Part shown: positions 29,743-39,874 of the stretch, one piece after another
Layout of the letters: each line of letters opens with the position of its first letter
Position numbering within the stretch: the first letter of the stretch is position 1
NCBI GenBank assembly: GCA_965223265.1
Contig: OZ244999.1
Coordinates: forward strand, 416,001-480,000
Reading direction: 5' to 3'
DNA length: 64,000 nucleotides
From: Planctomycetota bacterium
GTDB lineage: Bacteria; Planctomycetota; UBA8108; SXIK01
Notes under the pieces: model-generated
The model's database searches: none
What the model saw: only the letters and a program-made list of their open reading frames with translations
Told to the model about the DNA's origin: nothing
Made by a program: the position numbers and the translations under genes

Positions 29743-30468
29743 TCACGCCGGCGAAGCGCTCACCTGTCCCGGTCGCACGAGAATTCGCGTCGCGGCGCGA
29801 AAGCCGAGCCCGACTTCTTTTCGCTTCTTACCTGGCCGTAGGACGACTGCTTCAGCTTCCTGCGACCTGGAGATGACCGTCAATTCGTTGCCGGGAACGA
29901 GTTGGCTATCCTCGAGGAGGCGCAAGAACTCGCGGCGTTGGTCGAGGATGCGTACCACGCGGACGGGTTGGCCGACAGGGCACGTGAGAAGAGTCGGATA
30001 GACGGTCTCGTCGATGGTGCCTGCGGCGCTCGGGATCGGATCTCCATGTGGATCGACAGCGGGGGAGCCGAGCATCTCGTACATTCGATCGATGACGCGA
30101 TCGGACACCGCGTGCTCGAGGCGATCGGCGTCGGTGTGGACCTCGCTCCAGTCCATCGCCATGAACTCAACGAGGAAGAGCTCGACAATGCGGTGACGCC
30201 GCAGCACGTGGCAAGCGAGTTTGCGTCCAGCGTCCGTCAGCTCGACCCCGCAGTAACGCTCGTACGACAGCAGACCTGAACCAGCCATGGCTTTGACCAT
30301 CGTCGTCACTGTCCCGGGGGCCACCTGAAGCGCCGCGGCGATTTCGCCCGTTGGAACTCGTCCGGGCTTTCGCCGCGACAGTTCCTTTCCGTAGATGCAT
30401 TTCAGATAATCCTCGATCGCGCTACTGGGGCGCGCGCTCTGCGTTTCGTCGTGCTGCGATGATGCCAT
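29743..30468 (-). CDS. mntR: DtxR/MntR family metal-dependent repressor with FeoA-like domain
   Basis: EDYLKCIY, wHTH, RRHRIVELFL, DRLEH, DPHGDPIP; start taken at ATG 30468. Confidence 0.92.
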   Translation of the reverse strand: MASSQHDETQSARPSSAIEDYLKCIYGKELSRRKPGRVPTGEIAAALQVAPGTVTTMVKAMAGSGLLSYERYCGVELTDAGRKLACHVLRRHRIVELFLVEFMAMDWSEVHTDADRLEHAVSDRVIDRMYEMLGSPAVDPHGDPIPSAAGTIDETVYPTLLTCPVGQPVRVVRILDQRREFLRLLEDSQLVPGNELTVISRSQEAEAVVLRPGKKRKEVGLGFRAATRILVRPGQVSASPA

Positions 30469-30571
30469 CGGTGGTGCCAGTGGTAGCGGTCCGGCGGTGA
30501 GTATGCTTCCGATTCTGCTCAGCTGTGCGCTTCGTTCCGTCGTGTGCGGGGGGCGCGCCACGCCGATTACC

Positions 30572-30618
30572 TTGACTTTTGAGGTTAATGTAACTATTTT
30601 TTTTGACAAGTCAAAAAA
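30572..30618. promoter_or_regulatory. Overlapping divergent sigma70 promoters with a palindromic operator
   Basis: Plus strand TTGACT(30572)-17 bp-TATTTT; minus strand TTGACT(30614)-16 bp-TACATT; palindrome TTTTTTGAC-AA-GTCAAAAAA at 30599-30618. Confidence 0.75.
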
Positions 30619-30657
30619 CGATCATCGCCCTCCATTCTGCCGAGTGAGTACGTTCTC

Positions 30658-31581
30658 ATGAGAGCACATTTCGTTCTCATCGCGCTTTGTTTGACCGCGG
30701 CCTCGTTGCCGCTGGCCTGCGACGACGCGCCAGCGACCGCGCCCGACCGACCTGTCGTTTTGGCGACAACCGGAATGATCGCCGACGCGGTGCGCGCGCT
30801 GGCCGGTGAGGCGGTTGAGGTCGAGGCGCTGATGCGTCCGGGAGTCGACCCGCATCTCTTCAAGGCCAGCGAAGGCGACGTGCGCCGGCTTTCGCGCGCA
30901 GACCTGATTCTCTACAACGGGCTTCTGCTCGAGGGCAAGCTGGCCGGAGTGCTCGGTAAGCTCGAGCGGCGGCGCCGAGTTGTCGCTGTCGCCGAGGCCA
31001 TTCCCGCCGAGGAGCTGATCGCCTCGGACATCTCGGGCGGCCACTACGACCCGCACGTCTGGTTCGACGTCTCACTGTGGAGAACTGTGTGCGCGAAGGT
31101 TGCCGCAGAGCTCGAGGGGCTCGTCCCGGCGCACGCGAGCGCCATTCGTTCTCGGCTCGCCAGTTACGACACTGAGCTCGAAGAGTTGCATCAATGGGTC
31201 AAGACGGAAATCGCTACCATCCCTGCTCCCAGTCGCGTCATTGTCACCGCACACGACGCGTTCGGATACTTCGGACGTCGCTACCAGATGGAAGTCGTCG
31301 GGATCCAGGGACTCAGTACGGCTACGAAAGCTGGTTTGACCGACGTGCAGCGAGTTGTGACTCTTCTCGTCGATCGCCAGATTCCGGCGGTCTTCATCGA
31401 ATCCAGCGTTTCGCAGCAGAGTGTCAACGCGGTGCGTGAAGCCTGCCGTGCGCGCGGCCATGATGTCGTCCTTGGCGGTACGCTCTATTCGGACTCCCTG
31501 GGACCGGAGGGGTCAGGAGCCGACACCTACGTGACGATGATCCGCAACAACGTACGAACGATCGTGGAGGCGCTCCGATGA
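30658..31581 (+). CDS. troA: Mn/Zn/Fe ABC transporter substrate-binding lipoprotein (TroA-like)
   Basis: Lipobox [42 protein letters not shown]. Confidence 0.92.
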   Translation: MRAHFVLIALCLTAASLPLACDDAPATAPDRPVVLATTGMIADAVRALAGEAVEVEALMRPGVDPHLFKASEGDVRRLSRADLILYNGLLLEGKLAGVLGKLERRRRVVAVAEAIPAEELIASDISGGHYDPHVWFDVSLWRTVCAKVAAELEGLVPAHASAIRSRLASYDTELEELHQWVKTEIATIPAPSRVIVTAHDAFGYFGRRYQMEVVGIQGLSTATKAGLTDVQRVVTLLVDRQIPAVFIESSVSQQSVNAVREACRARGHDVVLGGTLYSDSLGPEGSGADTYVTMIRNNVRTIVEALR

Positions 31582-32411
31582 CATCCGGACGTCCACGAGC
31601 TGACACCGCCGATGTCAACGCCGATGAAGGGAGCACCGCCGCCCCACCGGCGATCGAAGTCCACGACCTCACGGTCGCCTATGGGACGCTTCCAGTTCTT
31701 TGGGATGTAGATCTTGCCCTGCCGCAGAAGAGGCTGACGGCCATCGTCGGACCGAACGGCGCCGGCAAGAGCACGCTACTCAAAGCTGTACTAAACCTGG
31801 TGAAGCCACTGACGGGCTGGGTCCAGGTGTTTGGCGCCTCCTACCTTGATCGCCGTTCGTGGGTCGCCTACGTGCCGCAGCGCGAGTCCGTCGACTGGGA
31901 CTTTCCGACGACCGCGCTGGACGTTGTCACCATGGGGCTTTATGGGGAACTGAGCTGGTTTCGGCGGCCGTCAAAGCGCCATCGCGACCGCGCCCGACAC
32001 TGTCTCGAACAGCTCGGTGTCGCAGATTTGGCCGACCGGCAGATCAATCAGCTCTCCGGCGGCCAGCAGCAGCGTGTTTTTCTGGCGCGTGCGCTCGCGC
32101 AGGACGCGCACCTCTACGTCATGGACGAGCCGTTCGCCGGCGTCGACGCGGCGACCGAGCAGGCAGTGCTCGAACTGCTCAAGAAGCTGCGCGACGACGG
32201 TAAGACAGTCGTCGCCGTGCATCATGATTTGCAAACGGTCGCGGAGTACTTCGATTACGTTGTGCTACTGAACATGCGCCTGGTCGCCCACGGACCGGTC
32301 GACGAAGCGTTCACGGCGAAAAACATTCAACAGACGTATGGCGGTCGACTCACCGTGCTTTCGAAGGCGGCGGAGACCCTATTGTCGAAGGGGTCCGTCG
32401 ACAAGGAGTGA
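31578..32411 (+). CDS. troB: Metal ABC transporter ATP-binding protein (TroB-like)
   Basis: [44 protein letters not shown]. Confidence 0.93.
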   Translation: MTSGRPRADTADVNADEGSTAAPPAIEVHDLTVAYGTLPVLWDVDLALPQKRLTAIVGPNGAGKSTLLKAVLNLVKPLTGWVQVFGASYLDRRSWVAYVPQRESVDWDFPTTALDVVTMGLYGELSWFRRPSKRHRDRARHCLEQLGVADLADRQINQLSGGQQQRVFLARALAQDAHLYVMDEPFAGVDAATEQAVLELLKKLRDDGKTVVAVHHDLQTVAEYFDYVVLLNMRLVAHGPVDEAFTAKNIQQTYGGRLTVLSKAAETLLSKGSVDKE

Positions 32412-32598
32412 GCGCCGCTAGGGAGGGCGCCGAGGCTGGTGCGCTCATGGAGATTCGCCTTGAATCTTGTGCGGTGGCGACGGTTCCTGGCGGTGCGTGC
32501 AACGATTCTTCGAAGACCACCCTCCATGATCGACCTGAGCGCTTGACCCGGGAGACTCGCCGCAGCCGGCACGATGTGGCGAGACGGAGCTTGAGTTT

Positions 32599-33879
32599 AT
32601 GAATCTTTTGACAGACCCCTCGTTCATCACGGTGCTGGCAGGTACGACGGTGCTCGGCGTCGTCGGGGGAGTCGTCGGGTGCTTCACGCTCCTGCGGCGT
32701 CAAAGCCTCCTTGGGGATGCGTTGGCCCACGCCGCGCTTCCAGGCGTGTGCGTAGCGTTCATCCTCACCGGTGAGAAACAGCAAGTGCCGCTTCTCGTCG
32801 GCGCACTCCTCGCCGGGATCGTTGGCGCACTCTTCATTCTCGTTGTCGTGCGCGGTAGCCGCATCAAGGAGGACTCCGCCATCGGCATCGTTCTGAGCGT
32901 GTTCTTCGGCGTGGGTATCGTCCTACTCACGTGGATTCAGAAGCGCGGCGGCGGAGACCAGAGTGGACTCGACTCCTTTCTGTTCGGCCAACCGGTGTTT
33001 CTTGTGCACCGCGATGTGATGGTTTTTGCCGTCACCGGTCTGGTCGTCCTTGGTTTGGTGGTGCTGTTTTACAAGGAGCTCAAGCTTCTCTGCTTTGATC
33101 GCGCGTTTGGCGCTACGCTTGGGTTTCCAATGTCGATTCTCGAGATCGGCCTCACGTGCCTGCTTGTCGTCGTCGTGGTGATCGGTCTGCAGACGGTTGG
33201 CGTTGTCTTGATGGTCGCGGCACTGATCACCCCTGCAGCCGCCGCTCGCCAGTGGACCGATCGTTTCGGCATCATGATGCTGCTCTCAGGTGGGATTGCT
33301 GCCTTCGCCAGTGCGGTCGGCGTCGTGTGGAGCGGCAGCGTCCAGCGGATACCGACTGGACCCGCGATTGTTGTCGTGGCCAGCTGCGTCCTCGTCGCAT
33401 CGATCCTCGCAGCGCCGCATCGTGGCATGTTGTGGGAGCGCCTGCGGAGCTCGCGCATGGCGCGCCGTATCCGCCGGGAGAATCTACTCAAAGACATGTA
33501 TCTTTGGGGCGAGCGACTCGGCTCGTGGGAGCGTCCAGTGTCGCTTGGGGCCCTCATGGGCGTGCGCGGCCAGAGCAATCACGAAGTGCGGCGAACGGCG
33601 CGGCGGCTGCGGGAAAGCGCCTTGATTGAGACGCTTGGCGATCAATTGCGATTGACGACGAGCGGGTTCGCTGCTGCGGAACGCATCGTCCGCAAGCACA
33701 GGCTTTGGGAGCTGTATCTGGCGAGACGACTCGAATTGCCACCAGATCATGTGCACCGAGATGCAGAAGCGATGGAGCATGCCCTCACTGACGAAGCAGT
33801 CGAGGAGTTCGAAAGTCTCTTGGGCTATCCAGTCGTCGATCCACACGGTCAGGCGATTCCGCCGCGGAGGAGCGAATGA
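32599..33879 (+). CDS. troC: Metal ABC permease (TroC-like) fused to a C-terminal DtxR-like domain
   Basis: SLLGDALAHAALPG, LITPAAAARQW; C-terminal wHTH then RKHRLWELYL..HRDAEAMEH..DPHGQAIP. Confidence 0.9.
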   Translation: MNLLTDPSFITVLAGTTVLGVVGGVVGCFTLLRRQSLLGDALAHAALPGVCVAFILTGEKQQVPLLVGALLAGIVGALFILVVVRGSRIKEDSAIGIVLSVFFGVGIVLLTWIQKRGGGDQSGLDSFLFGQPVFLVHRDVMVFAVTGLVVLGLVVLFYKELKLLCFDRAFGATLGFPMSILEIGLTCLLVVVVVIGLQTVGVVLMVAALITPAAAARQWTDRFGIMMLLSGGIAAFASAVGVVWSGSVQRIPTGPAIVVVASCVLVASILAAPHRGMLWERLRSSRMARRIRRENLLKDMYLWGERLGSWERPVSLGALMGVRGQSNHEVRRTARRLRESALIETLGDQLRLTTSGFAAAERIVRKHRLWELYLARRLELPPDHVHRDAEAMEHALTDEAVEEFESLLGYPVVDPHGQAIPPRRSE

Positions 33880-35021
33880 TCGCGGCTTGGCTTGAGGCGC
33901 TCGATAGCGACCGGATCGTGATCCTTCTCGTTGGCAGCTGTGTCGCGATTAGCTGCGCGTCGATAGGTTGCTTTCTGGTACTGCGCAAGGTGGCTATGCT
34001 CGGCGACGCGATCAGCCACGCCGTGCTGCCGGGGATCGCCATCGCGTTTCTCCTCACGGGTGATCAACAGCCGCTCCCCATGCTTCTCGGCGCGGGAGCG
34101 CTTGGGGTCGTGACCGTTTTCGCCGTCGGCGCCTTGAGTCGCAGTCGGCTTTTGCAGGAGGACGCTTCGATCGGCGTGGTTTTCCCGGCGCTTTTCTCTG
34201 TCGGCGTTATCCTGCTCAGCCGCTACGCGCGCGACGTGCACATCGACGAGCACTGCGTGCTCTACGGAGAGATCGCGTTGGCACCGCTCGATCAGCTCAT
34301 CGTTGCGGGCCGTGCCCTAGGGCCGCAGGCGCTGTGGATTACTGGCGCCCTGGTGGTCATCAATCTCACTATGGTGTTGTTTTTCTACAAGGAACTGAAG
34401 ATTACCAGCTTTGATCCACAGTTGGCAGCTACGCTTGGGTTCTCTCCAGTCCTCATGCATTACGTCCTTATGAGCTCTGTTTCGGTGACCGTTGTGGGGT
34501 GTTTTGAGTCCGTCGGTGCGATTCTCGTCGTCGCTATGCTCGTCGTACCGCCCGCAACCGCCTATCTTTTCACCGATCGCTTGGGGGTGATGCTCGTGCT
34601 GTCGATGCTTCTTGGTGTTGCTTCCGCAATCACGGGGTACGCGTTCGCCGCCTGGATCGACTGCTCTATCGCCGGTGCGATGGCCGCTGTTGCTGGAGGA
34701 CTCTTCGTCGTCGCACTCGTCCTGTCACCGCGGCACGGTGTTCTCTCGCGCTACATGTTCCACAAGGGACTTGCGAAACGCTTCGAGGAGCAAATGCTTC
34801 TCCTTCACTTGGAGAGCGGTGCGCGGGCAGTTCCGAAGACACTCGTCGCCAGCCGATTCAATTGGCGTCGCGACAAACTCGATCGCGTCTTGGCTCGCCT
34901 GGTCAGTGGTGGTGAGGTCGTCGAGACCTCGGCCGGGCTTGAGCTCACCGCTGCCGGCAGAGCCGCGATCGAGGCGGCTGGAACTGGCGCGCTCGCACAC
35001 GCTCTTGATCCTGACCCCTGA
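33876..35021 (+). CDS. troD: Metal ABC permease (TroD-like) with a short C-terminal wHTH-like tail
   Basis: MLGDAISHAVLPG, LYGEI, YKELKITSFD, FESVGAILV; tail ending LELTAAG. Confidence 0.9.
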   Translation: MIAAWLEALDSDRIVILLVGSCVAISCASIGCFLVLRKVAMLGDAISHAVLPGIAIAFLLTGDQQPLPMLLGAGALGVVTVFAVGALSRSRLLQEDASIGVVFPALFSVGVILLSRYARDVHIDEHCVLYGEIALAPLDQLIVAGRALGPQALWITGALVVINLTMVLFFYKELKITSFDPQLAATLGFSPVLMHYVLMSSVSVTVVGCFESVGAILVVAMLVVPPATAYLFTDRLGVMLVLSMLLGVASAITGYAFAAWIDCSIAGAMAAVAGGLFVVALVLSPRHGVLSRYMFHKGLAKRFEEQMLLLHLESGARAVPKTLVASRFNWRRDKLDRVLARLVSGGEVVETSAGLELTAAGRAAIEAAGTGALAHALDPDP

Positions 35022-35180
35022 TTCGGCGCGCCGTTGGCTAGCGGCAAGGTTTTGCGATGCAGCCGCGAACGGACGGGTTTTATCTCCGCGCTCGGGGATC
35101 CATCTGCAAAACCTGCCCCAACTTGTATGGAAGCCGAGGGTGACCCGTTGAGGACCACGACCCGGACTCGGACGGAGAGT

Positions 35181-36770
35181 TTACCGCCTCGACTTTGCAG
35201 CCTCGTTGAAGACCGTTCGTAGAAGGCCGTCCTGTACGATCAGCTTGGCGCCGAGACGATTGCCGTTCGAGGTGACATCAAACTGAACGCGTTCAGCCGG
35301 CGACACTTTCCGCGCCATGGCGGCTATTGTGTCGTCGTCTTGACCGAACAGCTCGAGCCAAGGCTGCACGCGAGCCTCGAACAGGAGCGGCGAAAACTGT
35401 CGTCGTGACGACGAGACGCTTTTGGCTCCGGCCAAATTCTTCTTCAGTTTCTTGAGGCTGTCAGCGCCGTAGGCCACGAGCAATCCCGAGTCAGTCGCGG
35501 CGAAGTAGAGCTTCGGCCGCGTTCCAAAGAACTGCTCCTCTTCCGCGTCAATGTTCACAAACTGCACTTCGTGAATGGAGGCCCCTTGAAACTTAGCGAT
35601 GTTACCACGAAAACCGACACCACCTTCGTCGGCAGCCGTTTCGCCTAGCTCGATGAGAAACGCCTCGATCTCTTTTGCATTGACAGCTTGGACCCCGGCC
35701 GTGAGCGTCAGCGGCGATGGTGGAGTGCCTTGAAGCGAAACAAATAGTTCGACGTGTCCCGCTTCGATCGTTGGCCGCAGCAGGCTGAGAAACTCGTCCT
35801 CCAATGCATCTCCTCCTCCTGCGCCGGTAGCGTTGAACAGCGCGTCAGAACGCGCTGGCGGCGCGGGGAGAGAGGCGAGGATCTGCTGCTGAGCCTCTTG
35901 CGGCAAAGGAGTGTTGACGACGAAATTGACGAGCGCTGCCTTTTCAGCAAGCGCAGCAAAACGGCTCGGACGATGGCTCATTGACTTGACGACGTCCGAC
36001 AAACCGGAGCCGCTACGCGGCGACATGAAGAACTCGACGATCAGAGCTTGTCGCTGCGATGACAGTGTCATTCCGAATCCAGCCTCGTCGGCATCGTCGA
36101 GGAGAACCTCCGTGACCCGTCGTGCAGCGTCGGCGCCCATCTGCCGGGTGCGGAATTGTGCCTTCGATTCACCGGGGCGTCGCTGAGAGACGACGCGCTC
36201 CATGTTGGCAAGAGATTCCTTCTTGAGCTTCTCTGACAACGCATCGAAACTCGTCGTGATCGAGAGGACGTGACGCGAGCTCTCGGGGCGAAGAAGGCGA
36301 TCGAATGTCGGTAAGTCGGCTTTGTCTATCGCGGCAAGAGCGGGACCGAGTGCGAACCAAGAGTCGACGCGCTGTCCAGGGTGACCGCCCAGCAGGTGTT
36401 TCACCATCGGCGGCAGCGCTTTGATAGTGGCTCCGAATTCGGCTTCGTTGGTTACAGGTAGGAAGACCAAGGGGAGCGGTTGATCCGCGTCTGAGGCGAA
36501 GAGAGCCACCCCGAAGGGTTTCTTCGTGTCGACGCCGCTCAATCCGCGCCCGCCCGTGTACATCGCAATGATGCCATCGAGCGCCCCTGCCATTTGAGGT
36601 TGTCCTGCAAGATCTGCGACGTAGCTCCACGAATCCTTGAGCGCTTCGTAGCTCTTCACGGAAATTACGGTCGCGGGGCCTTGCGCTCGGGCCGACGACT
36701 GCGCGTTAAGGAGCTGAGGTAGAGCGATCGCCCAAGCTGCGACGAAAGCGGAGAACTTCAGTAGTTTCAC
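35181..36770 (-). CDS. Secreted hypothetical protein
   Basis: 529-aa ORF with GTG start, upstream AGGAAGGA, signal peptide, GVDTKKPFG motif. Confidence 0.7.
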   Translation of the reverse strand: MKLLKFSAFVAAWAIALPQLLNAQSSARAQGPATVISVKSYEALKDSWSYVADLAGQPQMAGALDGIIAMYTGGRGLSGVDTKKPFGVALFASDADQPLPLVFLPVTNEAEFGATIKALPPMVKHLLGGHPGQRVDSWFALGPALAAIDKADLPTFDRLLRPESSRHVLSITTSFDALSEKLKKESLANMERVVSQRRPGESKAQFRTRQMGADAARRVTEVLLDDADEAGFGMTLSSQRQALIVEFFMSPRSGSGLSDVVKSMSHRPSRFAALAEKAALVNFVVNTPLPQEAQQQILASLPAPPARSDALFNATGAGGGDALEDEFLSLLRPTIEAGHVELFVSLQGTPPSPLTLTAGVQAVNAKEIEAFLIELGETAADEGGVGFRGNIAKFQGASIHEVQFVNIDAEEEQFFGTRPKLYFAATDSGLLVAYGADSLKKLKKNLAGAKSVSSSRRQFSPLLFEARVQPWLELFGQDDDTIAAMARKVSPAERVQFDVTSNGNRLGAKLIVQDGLLRTVFNEAAKSRR

Positions 36771-36997
36771 GGCCCATTCCTTCCTGCATGGGGTTCTGTC
36801 GTCACGATGCTGCCGCGCGACAAGCTTCTACTTGTGACGCTGAAGCATACCACCGCCGTGGCTGCGCGGCTGACCCCGGTGGTTATCACCGGTTGCGCCG
36901 CACCGTGCAGTCGAGATGAACCCTTGCTTCGATCTGATAACGCCTTGAATTGGTGAGCTCCGCAGGGACCAGGTAGACTTCGTCCGGAGTTTGAGAT

Positions 36998-38044
36998 ATG
37001 GCGCAGAAACTTATGACGCTTTCCCGCTACATTCGCGAGGAAGAGCGGCGTTACCGCGAAGCCACAGGGGTTTTCTCGGGGCTCCTCGAGCAAGTCTCGC
37101 TCGCGGCGAAACTGATTTCGCGCGAGGTGAATAAGGCTGGGTTGGCTGAGATACTTGGCCTTACCGGCGAGCAAAACATCCAGGGTGAGCAAGTGCGCAA
37201 GCTGGATGTGTTCGCTCACGAGACGATGGTCCGCATGCTTGACCACTCCGGCTATCTCGCGGCGATGGCCTCGGAGGAAGAGGAGGATTTTATTTCGATC
37301 GCTCCTCATCGGGCGCGCGGCAAATACGTTCTGCTTTTCGATCCTTTGGACGGATCGTCGAACATCGATGCCAACGTCAGCATCGGCACGATCTTTAGTA
37401 TCTACCGCAAAACCTCGCCAGGCCTCGACGCTCACCTCGAGGATTTCTTGCAGCCTGGCTGCCAACAGGTCGCCGCAGGGTACGTCATTTACGGCTCGTC
37501 GACCATGCTCGTCTACACGGCGCAAGATGGCGTCCACGGGTTCACGCTCGACCCGAGTCTCGGCGAGTTTATCCTCTCACATCCTCACATCCGTACGCCG
37601 CGAAAGGGTTCGATCTTCAGCGTCAACGTGGGAAACTACAGCCGCTTCGACGATAGTATGCGTGCCTATGTTGACCACCTGGCATCGATTCAAGGTGGTT
37701 CGAGTTCGTCTCGCAGTTTGCGATACATCGGCTCACTCGTGGCAGACTTTCACCGCAATCTTCTCTACGGTGGCGTCTTTCTCTATCCGGCCGACGACAA
37801 GAACCCGCGTGGCAAGTTGAGGCTTATGTACGAGGCGAATCCACTGGCGATGATTGTCGAGCAGGCCGGTGGGCTCGCTTCGACCGGAACCGAGAGAATC
37901 CTCGACGTCACGCCAGAAGCGATCCATCAGCGCGTTCCGCTCGTCATTGGGAGCGCGGAAGATGTCTCTGCGGCCCAGGCTTTCGCGCAGCCATCGCGGG
38001 CCGAAGTGGCGGTTGGCGACGCGAACTCCGACGCGGGCGCTTGA
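36998..38044 (+). CDS. fbp: Class 1 fructose-1,6-bisphosphatase
   Basis: SEE, FDPLDGSSNID, GYVIYGS, RYIGSLVADFHRNLLYGG, GKLRLMYE. Confidence 0.95.
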   Translation: MAQKLMTLSRYIREEERRYREATGVFSGLLEQVSLAAKLISREVNKAGLAEILGLTGEQNIQGEQVRKLDVFAHETMVRMLDHSGYLAAMASEEEEDFISIAPHRARGKYVLLFDPLDGSSNIDANVSIGTIFSIYRKTSPGLDAHLEDFLQPGCQQVAAGYVIYGSSTMLVYTAQDGVHGFTLDPSLGEFILSHPHIRTPRKGSIFSVNVGNYSRFDDSMRAYVDHLASIQGGSSSSRSLRYIGSLVADFHRNLLYGGVFLYPADDKNPRGKLRLMYEANPLAMIVEQAGGLASTGTERILDVTPEAIHQRVPLVIGSAEDVSAAQAFAQPSRAEVAVGDANSDAGA

Positions 38045-38288
38045 TCTTCGAACGCGGTCGTTCGCGCGGCGCTTTCGGGACGAGCTCACCGGATCTGGAA
38101 GAGTTCCTAAGGACTCTCTCGTGGCCTTCCTGCGCCGATGTGCCTACTGCCTGACCGTAAACTCCGGCCGCGCTTGCATTGAGTGCGGCAAGACGAAAAA
38201 AGGCCGTTGATTCCTAAGCCGGGATCGAAGAAAACGCTCCTTCCACGAAAGCGTGAAGCTCAACCTCGAAACGCGAGGTGAGTGGTCG

Positions 38289-38366
38289 GTTGAGAGAGTG
38301 CTTCGAGCTGAAACCTGGGCATGAAGAGGCGGGTTTCTCAGCCGAATGATTTTTTCAGGCGGGCTG
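38289..38366 (+). mobile_element. Degenerate, internally deleted relic of the 160-bp MITE
   Basis: GTTGAGAGAGTGCTTCGAGCTGAAACCTGG matches the left end; CTGGGCATGAAGAGGCGGGTTTCTCAGCCGAATGATTTTTTCAGGCGGGCTG matches the right end. Confidence 0.75.
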
Positions 38367-38390
38367 GTTGGGTTGGAAGACGGAAGGAGT

Positions 38391-39752
38391 ATGGCCCCTC
38401 AGAACCGCAAGAGCCTGGGTCAATGGTTGGATGCGCGCTTCGGTGTGGGCGCTGCGGGATCGACGCTGCGTGGCGAGTGTCTTGGCGGTGTGACGACCTT
38501 CCTGAGCATGGCGTACATCATGGTCGTCAACCCCCTCGTCTTGTCGGATGCCGGCATGCCGCGGGACGGAGCATTCCTTGCCACCGTCCTTGCGAGTGCT
38601 CTCGCATGTCTGCTCATGGGCTTGTTCGCGAATCTTCCAGTTGCGCTTGCGCCGGGTATGGGATTGAACGCGTTTTTTGCCTACACGATTTGTGCCGTAG
38701 CGACCTGGCAAGTCGGACTCGGGATGATCGTCTGGGTGTCGATAGTGTTTCTGATCCTGACGCTCGGGCGCGTGCGGGAGCTGCTCACGAGAGCTGTCCC
38801 GCCGTCGCTGCGTTTCGCTGCGGCCGTCGGCATTGGGTTTTTCATCGCGCTCATCGGCTTGAAGCAGAGCGGTTTGATTGTCGATAACCCGGTCACGCTC
38901 GTCGCCCTCGGCGACGTGTCGCGCCCTCATGTATTGCTAGCGGGGTTTGGCCTGGCCGTGACTTTCGGTTTGCTTGCCCGCGGCAACCGAACGGCCATCT
39001 TTTGGGGGCTTCTTGGTACCGCGGTGGTCGGCGCGGCTGTTGGCATGGTAGACCTTTCCGGGCAGTGGTTTCAGGTTCCCAAGGGGCGCCTACCGGGCGC
39101 GGAAATGGACGTCGTGGGAGCTTTCAAGATGCAGTACCTGCCGCTCGGGTTGACGCTTCTTTTCTTCGCGCTTTTTGATGCCATGGGGACGCTTTACGCC
39201 GTTGGCGCTGAAGCGAATCTCCTCGATGCGTCGGGTCGTTTCCCTCGGCTGGGGCGTGCCCTCATGGCGGATGCAACTGGCGCGCTTGGAGGCGGTTTGC
39301 TCGGGACTTCTTCGGTGACCTGCTATATCGAGAGCGCTACAGGCGTGAGCGTCGGCGCAAGGACTGGCCTGGCGAGCTGCGTGACTGCCGCTGCGTTCTT
39401 GGCTTCGCTGTTTGTGGCCCCGCTCGTCGCCACCGTCGGCGCTGGAGTGACGAATGATGGCGCGACGTTCTACCCCGTGACTGCACCGGCCTTGATCGCC
39501 GTTGGAGTGCTCATGTCTCGGAGCGTGACGCGCATTGACTGGGCCGACGTCACGGAGGCGGTTCCGGCTTTTTTGACGATCACACTCATGCCGTTTACGT
39601 TCAGCATCGCCCATGGACTTGCGATCGGATTTATCAGCTACGCGTTCATGAAGTTGATATCCGGCCGATTTCGTGAGGCGCATTGGCTGGTTTATCTACT
39701 CGCCGCGTTGTTCGGCGCACACTACTATTTTTTCCTCGGTGGGGTTCACTGA
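38391..39752 (+). CDS. NCS2/AzgA-type purine permease
   Basis: TTFLSMAYI, APGMGLNAFF, FDAMGTL, YIESATG, GARTGL, MPFTFSIA; RBS AAGGAG before ATG 38391. Confidence 0.92.
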   Translation: MAPQNRKSLGQWLDARFGVGAAGSTLRGECLGGVTTFLSMAYIMVVNPLVLSDAGMPRDGAFLATVLASALACLLMGLFANLPVALAPGMGLNAFFAYTICAVATWQVGLGMIVWVSIVFLILTLGRVRELLTRAVPPSLRFAAAVGIGFFIALIGLKQSGLIVDNPVTLVALGDVSRPHVLLAGFGLAVTFGLLARGNRTAIFWGLLGTAVVGAAVGMVDLSGQWFQVPKGRLPGAEMDVVGAFKMQYLPLGLTLLFFALFDAMGTLYAVGAEANLLDASGRFPRLGRALMADATGALGGGLLGTSSVTCYIESATGVSVGARTGLASCVTAAAFLASLFVAPLVATVGAGVTNDGATFYPVTAPALIAVGVLMSRSVTRIDWADVTEAVPAFLTITLMPFTFSIAHGLAIGFISYAFMKLISGRFREAHWLVYLLAALFGAHYYFFLGGVH

Positions 39753-39874
39753 CACCGCTGGTTGCGAGCCATCGTGACGATGATCGCGATGGGCACTCCA
39801 CGGTGCCGCGGTTCGACGTCCCGCGCGCTGCCAGCCGCGCCGTGAGATGGCTCACTCGAAGTTGCGACCTTTTC

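Noticed and set aside
29189-29876. Three plus-strand ORFs across the repeat (His-rich, RY-rich, TP-rich products)
   Set aside because: Open frames are explained by stop-free hexamers; one overlaps nth antisense; no convincing RBS. A His-rich peptide near a metal locus is tempting but unsupported
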